A stretch of 64,000 nucleotides of DNA from Polyangiales bacterium (GTDB lineage: Bacteria; Myxococcota_A; Polyangia; Polyangiales; Polyangiaceae), in assembly GCA_038231275.1 (NCBI GenBank), contig JBBRLQ010000006.1, positions 64,001 through 128,000 on the forward strand, in the 5' to 3' direction. Positions 59,076-64,000 of the stretch are shown here, piece by piece (the stretch's first letter is position 1; every line of letters starts with the position of its first letter). Both the position numbers and the translations under genes were made by a program. Under the pieces are notes generated by a model. The model made no database searches, was not told the origin of the DNA, and worked only from the letters and a program-made list of their open reading frames with translations.

Positions 59076-60521
59076 ATGATGCACGGAGCGCTGGAGGACA
59101 TCACCAAGGCCGTCGGCAACACCCCCATCGTGCGCCTGAACAAGGTGACGAAGGGGCTCGCCGCCAACATCTACGTCAAGTGCGAGTACTTGAACCCCGG
59201 GGGTAGCCACAAAGATCGCCTCGCGTGGAACCTCCTGCGTCGCGCCGAAGAAGGCGGCCTGAAGCCCGGCGGCACGATCGTGGAGGCGACGAGCGGCAAC
59301 ACCGGCGCCTCCCTCGCGCTCCTCGCCGCGGTGCGCGGCTACAAGTGCGTCTTCGTCATGCCGGACAAAATGAGCCAGGAGAAGATCTCGAACCTGCGCG
59401 CGTTCGGCGCGAGGGTCGTGGTCTGCCCGACCGCGGTCGACGCCGACGATCCCCGCAGCTACTACAAGGTCTCGCGTCGCATCGCCGACGAGACCGCGAA
59501 CTCGTTCTACGCGAACCAGTACCACAACCCCGCAAACCCCGAGGCGCACTACCTCTGGACGGGCCCCGAGGTCTGGAAGCAGACCGGCGGCGAGCTCGAC
59601 GCGTTCGTCGCCGGAATGGGCACCGGCGGAACCATAAGCGGCGCCGGCAAGTACCTGAAGGAGAAGAAGCCGGGCGTGCAGCTCGTCGGTGTCGATCCGG
59701 TCGGCTCGCTCTACTACGACTTCGTAAAATCGGGCCGAATCACGCGTCCGTTCTCGTACAAGGTCGAGGGCATCGGCGAAGACTTTTTCCCGTCGACGAT
59801 GAACCTCAAGATCATCGACGAGATCGTCCGCGTCGACGACAAGGAGTGCTTCCTCATGACGCGCGAGCTCACGCGGCAAGAGGGGCTCTTCGTCGGCGGC
59901 TCTGGCGGCGCGGCGGTGGCCGGCGCGATCAAATACGCGCGCGCGCAGAACCGGAAGATGAACATCTTGGTGTTCCTCGCCGACGCCGGGCAGAAGTACG
60001 TGTCGAAGATCTTCAACGACGACTGGATGCGCGAGAACGGCTTCCTCGACGACGAGTCGGGGCTCGGCACCGTGCACGACATCCTCTACGCGAAGGGCAA
60101 GACGAGGAAGATCGTCACCGCGACGCCGCAGTCGAAGGTGAAGGACGTCATCGCGACGCTCAAGTCGCTCGGCATCAGCCAGCTGCCGGTGCTCGACAAG
60201 GGGAAGCTGCGCGGCATCATCGGCGAGGTCGATCTGCTGCGGCACCTCGTCACGGGGCAAAAGAAGCTCGACAGCACGATCGGCGAGCTCGTCGAGGGCG
60301 AGTATGCGACGGTCACGCCGGACACGAAGATCGAGCTGCTTCAAGGCGTCCTCGCGGACGCGAAGGTGGCGATCGCGATGGATGGCGATCAGGTGGTGGG
60401 CATCGTGACGAAGATCGATCTCATCGATTACCTCGCGCGAAAGCCCCACGATCCGCCGCCGGCGAAGAAGCGCGCGGCGAAGAAGGTCACGAACGGCAAG
60501 CGCGCGCGCACGCACGGGTGA
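59076..60521 (+). CDS. cbs: cystathionine beta-synthase (PLP domain plus CBS pair)
   Basis: GNTP, NPGGSHKDR, EATSGNTG, GMGTGGT and EGIG motifs; C-terminal CBS domains. Confidence 0.9.
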   Translation: MMHGALEDITKAVGNTPIVRLNKVTKGLAANIYVKCEYLNPGGSHKDRLAWNLLRRAEEGGLKPGGTIVEATSGNTGASLALLAAVRGYKCVFVMPDKMSQEKISNLRAFGARVVVCPTAVDADDPRSYYKVSRRIADETANSFYANQYHNPANPEAHYLWTGPEVWKQTGGELDAFVAGMGTGGTISGAGKYLKEKKPGVQLVGVDPVGSLYYDFVKSGRITRPFSYKVEGIGEDFFPSTMNLKIIDEIVRVDDKECFLMTRELTRQEGLFVGGSGGAAVAGAIKYARAQNRKMNILVFLADAGQKYVSKIFNDDWMRENGFLDDESGLGTVHDILYAKGKTRKIVTATPQSKVKDVIATLKSLGISQLPVLDKGKLRGIIGEVDLLRHLVTGQKKLDSTIGELVEGEYATVTPDTKIELLQGVLADAKVAIAMDGDQVVGIVTKIDLIDYLARKPHDPPPAKKRAAKKVTNGKRARTHG

Positions 60522-61063
60522 TGGTTCATCGGTCGCTCGCGGTCGCGCTTCTACTGGCACTCCCGAGTTGCCCGAAGAAGGACCACGGCCCGACGGCGAG
60601 CGCGACTACGACCGCGACTCCCACTCCGACTCCGACTCCGACGCCGACGCCGACTCCGACTCCGATGCCGACTCCGACTCCGACTCCGACTCCGACTCCG
60701 ACTCCGACTCCGACTCCGACTCCGACCCTTCCCTCCGTTCGCGTGGAGAACATCGGGATGCACGTCGGAGGCGGGCCTTACGACGAGGCAACGAAAGAGC
60801 CGATCAAGAAATCCGTCGCCCCGCATTTCGACGAGCTGAAGCGGTGCTACGCGCTCGTGAGCCCAAAGGTCGCGGGCGAGTTCGGGATCGATCTCTTGCT
60901 CGAGGCGAACGGCGGGCGCGCGAAGACGAGCCATCCGCGGACGCGGCTCAAGGGAGAGGGCTTCGTCGAGTGCATGAACGAGGCGTTCCAGTCGTTCGAC
61001 TTCTTGCCGCTCAAGACCGGGAGGACCACGGTGAGCTACTCGCTGCGTTTCACGCCCCTCTAG
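60521..61063 (+). CDS. lipoprotein with PT linker and AgmX/PglI-like C-terminal domain
   Basis: TGATG coupling; LPSC lipobox; 'LKRCY...G.F...F.EC...F...TVSYSLRF'. Confidence 0.75.
   Translation: MVHRSLAVALLLALPSCPKKDHGPTASATTTATPTPTPTPTPTPTPTPMPTPTPTPTPTPTPTPTPTPTLPSVRVENIGMHVGGGPYDEATKEPIKKSVAPHFDELKRCYALVSPKVAGEFGIDLLLEANGGRAKTSHPRTRLKGEGFVECMNEAFQSFDFLPLKTGRTTVSYSLRFTPL
60616..60727. repeat. (CCGACT)n array encoding Pro-Thr
   Basis: About 18 units, mostly perfect. Confidence 0.92.
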
Positions 61064-61081
61064 CTCGGAGGCGGACGCGAG

Positions 61082-61510
61082 TCACTTCGGTTTCACGATG
61101 GTGATGTTGTAGACGCCCTTGCCGGTCGCCACCGTGTCGGCCTCGGCGCTCGAATGAAAGAGGCGGACGTCGACGACACCGACCCGGTTGCCGTGGCGGA
61201 CGACGTGGGCCTCGGCGACGAGCGTCTCGAGGCGCGCGGGGCGGAGGTAATCGATACGCAGATCGATCGTCGAGACGCGGCTGCGATCGTCCTCGATGCC
61301 GCTCCACACCGCCATTCCGCCCGCGGTGTCGGCGAGGGTGCTGAGGACGCCGCCGTGGAGCGCGGGGCGCAGCGGGTCGCCGATCAGCTCCTGACGAAAC
61401 GGGATCTCGAGGCGCGCGAAGCCTTTTCGGATCGCGGTGGCCCTCATCCCGAGGAACTTGTTGAACGGGATGAACTCCTCGACGAGGCGCTTGAGCGAGT
61501 CTTCATCCAT
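61082..61510 (-). CDS. PaaI/hotdog-fold thioesterase
   Basis: LHGGVLSTLADTAGG and TIDLRIDYLRP motifs. Confidence 0.92.
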   Translation of the reverse strand: MDEDSLKRLVEEFIPFNKFLGMRATAIRKGFARLEIPFRQELIGDPLRPALHGGVLSTLADTAGGMAVWSGIEDDRSRVSTIDLRIDYLRPARLETLVAEAHVVRHGNRVGVVDVRLFHSSAEADTVATGKGVYNITIVKPK

Positions 61511-61529
61511 GGTGGTGCGCGCGGCGCGG

Positions 61530-62831
61530 TCACATACCGGTCGTCAGGTACTGCGCGGCGACCCACTGCTGCTGGCCATCAGGGAAGACGACGAGGCATT
61601 GGCCGTTCGCCGACTGCGAGACCGTCGCAGGGTAACGGTTGCCGTCGGCCCATTGCACGTACACGCGCGCGCCGGGACCGAACGCGGCGGGTGGCGGACC
61701 GTACGGCGATGGCGCGGGGCCCGGCGGGCCGAACGGAGACGCGGCGGGCGTGGCGACTGGAGCGGCTTGAGGCGCGACAGCGGCGGCAGCCATTCCGTAC
61801 GGCGACTGCGCCGGCGCGCCGTACGCGGGCGCAGCAGGAGCAGCAGGAGCAGCAGGAGCGCCGTACGGATTTTGCGCGGCCGGCTGCGCGTAGGGATTCG
61901 CCGCGGGTGGCGCGTACGGATTCGCCGCGGGTGGCGCGGCGCCGTACGGTTGCGGCGCGGGTGCGGCAGCGCCGTACGGTTGCGGCGCTTGTGCTTGCGG
62001 TGCTCCATACGCCTGCGGCTGCGCGCCGTAGCCGGGCTGGGCGCCATAGCCAGGTTGTTGTCCGTACGCAGGCGCGGGCGCGACGGCTTGGTTGATCGCG
62101 CTGCCCGCGGCGCCGACCGCGCCCACTACCCAGTTTGCCGCTTGGCCGGCGGCGTTCGATATCTGGTTGTACGGATCGTTGTTCGGCGCGTAGGGATTCG
62201 GCTGCGGCGGTTGCTGCTGTGGGTATGGCTGCTGCGGCGGTGGCTGTCCGGCAAACTGCGGCTGCGACCCCATCGCCTGCGGGACCGGCGCGGCTTGCGG
62301 CGGCGGCGCGTATTGCTGCGGCGGAGCATACTGAGGCGGTGGTGCAGCTGGCGGCGGCGCGCCGTACATCGGTGCGGCCGAAGCGGCCGGCGCGTGCAGC
62401 CCGCCTTGCGCCGTCATCTGAACTTGGGCCGGCACCGGGCCCGGACCCGGAGCGGAGCCCATCCCGGGACCTGGCGACGGGACCTGCGGCATCATCCCGC
62501 TCGATGCCATCGGCGACTGCGCGTGGCCGAATCCCGCGGGCGGCGCTTGACCGGGCGGCGGCGCGAACGGCTGCATCGGGACGGGCGGCGGACCGTAGGC
62601 GCTGCTGCGCGCGTCGGGGGGAGCCATCGCGGTGTTGCCGAGAGGATCGGCCTGAAGCTGCGCAACCTCGGGCGCGATCGCGAACGGCGGGCTGGGCTGC
62701 TGCTGCACCTGCTGCGGGTTCGACGCGGCGGCGGCCGCAGCCGGTGCCGGCGTGTCGGCGGGCGCTCCACACGCCGCACAGAATTTACGCGACCCGATCA
62801 GCTCGGCGCCGCATTTCGAGCAATTCGCCAT
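61530..62831 (-). CDS. zinc-ribbon + long P/Q/A/Y low-complexity region + C-terminal Tudor-like domain protein
   Basis: CSKCG...FCAACG; repeated PYGA/NPYA; 'GARVYVQWADGNRYPATV...VVFPDG...WV'. Confidence 0.8.
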   Translation of the reverse strand: MANCSKCGAELIGSRKFCAACGAPADTPAPAAAAAASNPQQVQQQPSPPFAIAPEVAQLQADPLGNTAMAPPDARSSAYGPPPVPMQPFAPPPGQAPPAGFGHAQSPMASSGMMPQVPSPGPGMGSAPGPGPVPAQVQMTAQGGLHAPAASAAPMYGAPPPAAPPPQYAPPQQYAPPPQAAPVPQAMGSQPQFAGQPPPQQPYPQQQPPQPNPYAPNNDPYNQISNAAGQAANWVVGAVGAAGSAINQAVAPAPAYGQQPGYGAQPGYGAQPQAYGAPQAQAPQPYGAAAPAPQPYGAAPPAANPYAPPAANPYAQPAAQNPYGAPAAPAAPAAPAYGAPAQSPYGMAAAAVAPQAAPVATPAASPFGPPGPAPSPYGPPPAAFGPGARVYVQWADGNRYPATVSQSANGQCLVVFPDGQQQWVAAQYLTTGM

Positions 62832-62891
62832 GGCCCTCGATCCTCGCAGGTTTGTCCGCGCGGGGGAAGGCGGGGGAAGCCCGCGCGCGCT

Positions 62892-64000
62892 CTAGCCCCG
62901 GCGCGGCCGCGTATGGAACAGCTGAACTTCGGCCTCGAATCCCCCCATCGCGAGGGCGTGCGCGCGGTCGAGGAGGAAGCCGGCCGCCTTCGCACGCTCC
63001 CGCGTGAGAGCGCCGCGCGGGGACACCCACACGAGGCGTCCTCCCGGGACGAGCACCTCGGCCGCGTGCGCGACGAAGCGGTCGAGGAACGGCACGAGCT
63101 CCCCTTGCTTCTGCACGCGTCGTCCCATCGGCGGGTTCGTGACGATGAGCGAGACGCCGCGCGGATGCATCGCGAGCGCATCCCCGAGCTCGAGGCGCGC
63201 CGACACGCGGGCCTTCGCGAGGTTCTGTCGCGCCGCATCGAGCGCGCGATCGTCGAGGTCCGTGCCGATCAGCTCGGCGTAGGGACCGAGGCGCGCGCGC
63301 TCGACGAGCTCGAGGCCGGAGCCGACGAACGGATCCCACACGATGTCTCCGCGACGCGCTTCGCCCAAGCGCGCGAGGGCGGCGGCGATCGTCGGGTGCG
63401 AGGCCGCGGGGACCTCCGCGACGCGGTAGGCGAAGCGCTCATCGGCCAGCGCGCGCGGAACGAGGACGACGCGCACGCGCTCCACCGCTCCCTCGCGCGT
63501 CTGACGCACCACCGCCTCCCACGTGCTCTCGCGCGGATCGTTCAAGAGCTCCGGCGCGCGCGACGCAACGAGATCGGCGACCTGCCAAACGAGCGCGCGC
63601 TTGTGCGAGCCGTCCTCCCACGCGAGGCGAAACCGAGCCCGGCCGCGCGTGAACGCCTTGAAAATCGCGCGCGCGGCCTCCGACGTGAGTGCGCGCGCCA
63701 CAGTCTCCGGAACGCCATCCTCCACCACTTCTTCCGGCAACGGAAAGCCCACATGCGTCATGAGGCGCGCGACGAGGACGCGTGAGAGCGGGCCGTCGAG
63801 CACGCCGCGCACTTCACCCGGCTTCGCGACGCGCGCGTGCCACGACGCGCCGAGCTCCTCGGCGAGGAAGAGTTGGAGGCCGGGACGACAGAAGAAGAGG
63901 ACGTCGAGCGGCCCCTTCGCCGACTGACTGGCGTCGATCGCGCTCTCTTCGCTTCGCGCCGCTTCGCGCTCGAGGATGTGCGTCGCGCGTGCCACCTTCT
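62892..64000 (-). CDS. SAM-dependent RNA methyltransferase (TRM11/RlmL-like), 5' end outside window
   Basis: DPFVGSG and TNPPMG motifs. Confidence 0.8.
   Translation of the reverse strand, partial: KVARATHILEREAARSEESAIDASQSAKGPLDVLFFCRPGLQLFLAEELGASWHARVAKPGEVRGVLDGPLSRVLVARLMTHVGFPLPEEVVEDGVPETVARALTSEAARAIFKAFTRGRARFRLAWEDGSHKRALVWQVADLVASRAPELLNDPRESTWEAVVRQTREGAVERVRVVLVPRALADERFAYRVAEVPAASHPTIAAALARLGEARRGDIVWDPFVGSGLELVERARLGPYAELIGTDLDDRALDAARQNLAKARVSARLELGDALAMHPRGVSLIVTNPPMGRRVQKQGELVPFLDRFVAHAAEVLVPGGRLVWVSPRGALTRERAKAAGFLLDRAHALAMGGFEAEVQLFHTRPRRG

Overview
High-GC, gene-dense bacterial DNA. The gene content points to a myxobacterium, probably Polyangiales: four Hanks-type Ser/Thr kinases, two ECF sigma factors, many Cys-rich lipoproteins and an AgmX/PglI-like protein. 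About 60 CDSs were called by eye from motifs; no searches were run. Housekeeping genes include glmS (partial), a leuB-family dehydrogenase, ald, pyrD, a gcdH-like dehydrogenase, trmL, phhB, rnc, yhhQ, PBP1A, pgeF and a cystathionine beta-synthase. No rRNA, tRNA, CRISPR array or transposase was recognised. The most notable features are mostly non-coding. (1) A ~39-bp repeat occurs at four loci; it always begins exactly at the TGA stop codon of the upstream gene and ends in TGAC, and two copies carry a co-varying hairpin. (2) A perfect 30-bp palindrome at a GntR/FadR gene has a near-identical twin 43 kb away. (3) (CCGACT)n microsatellites occur both as Pro-Thr linkers and between genes. (4) A zinc-finger-anti-sigma/kinase fusion gene and an ECF sigma gene have start codons that overlap head-to-head in one CATG. 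(5) Many starts show leaderless-type -10 signatures. Many start codons were moved from the ORF track by judgement and are approximate.
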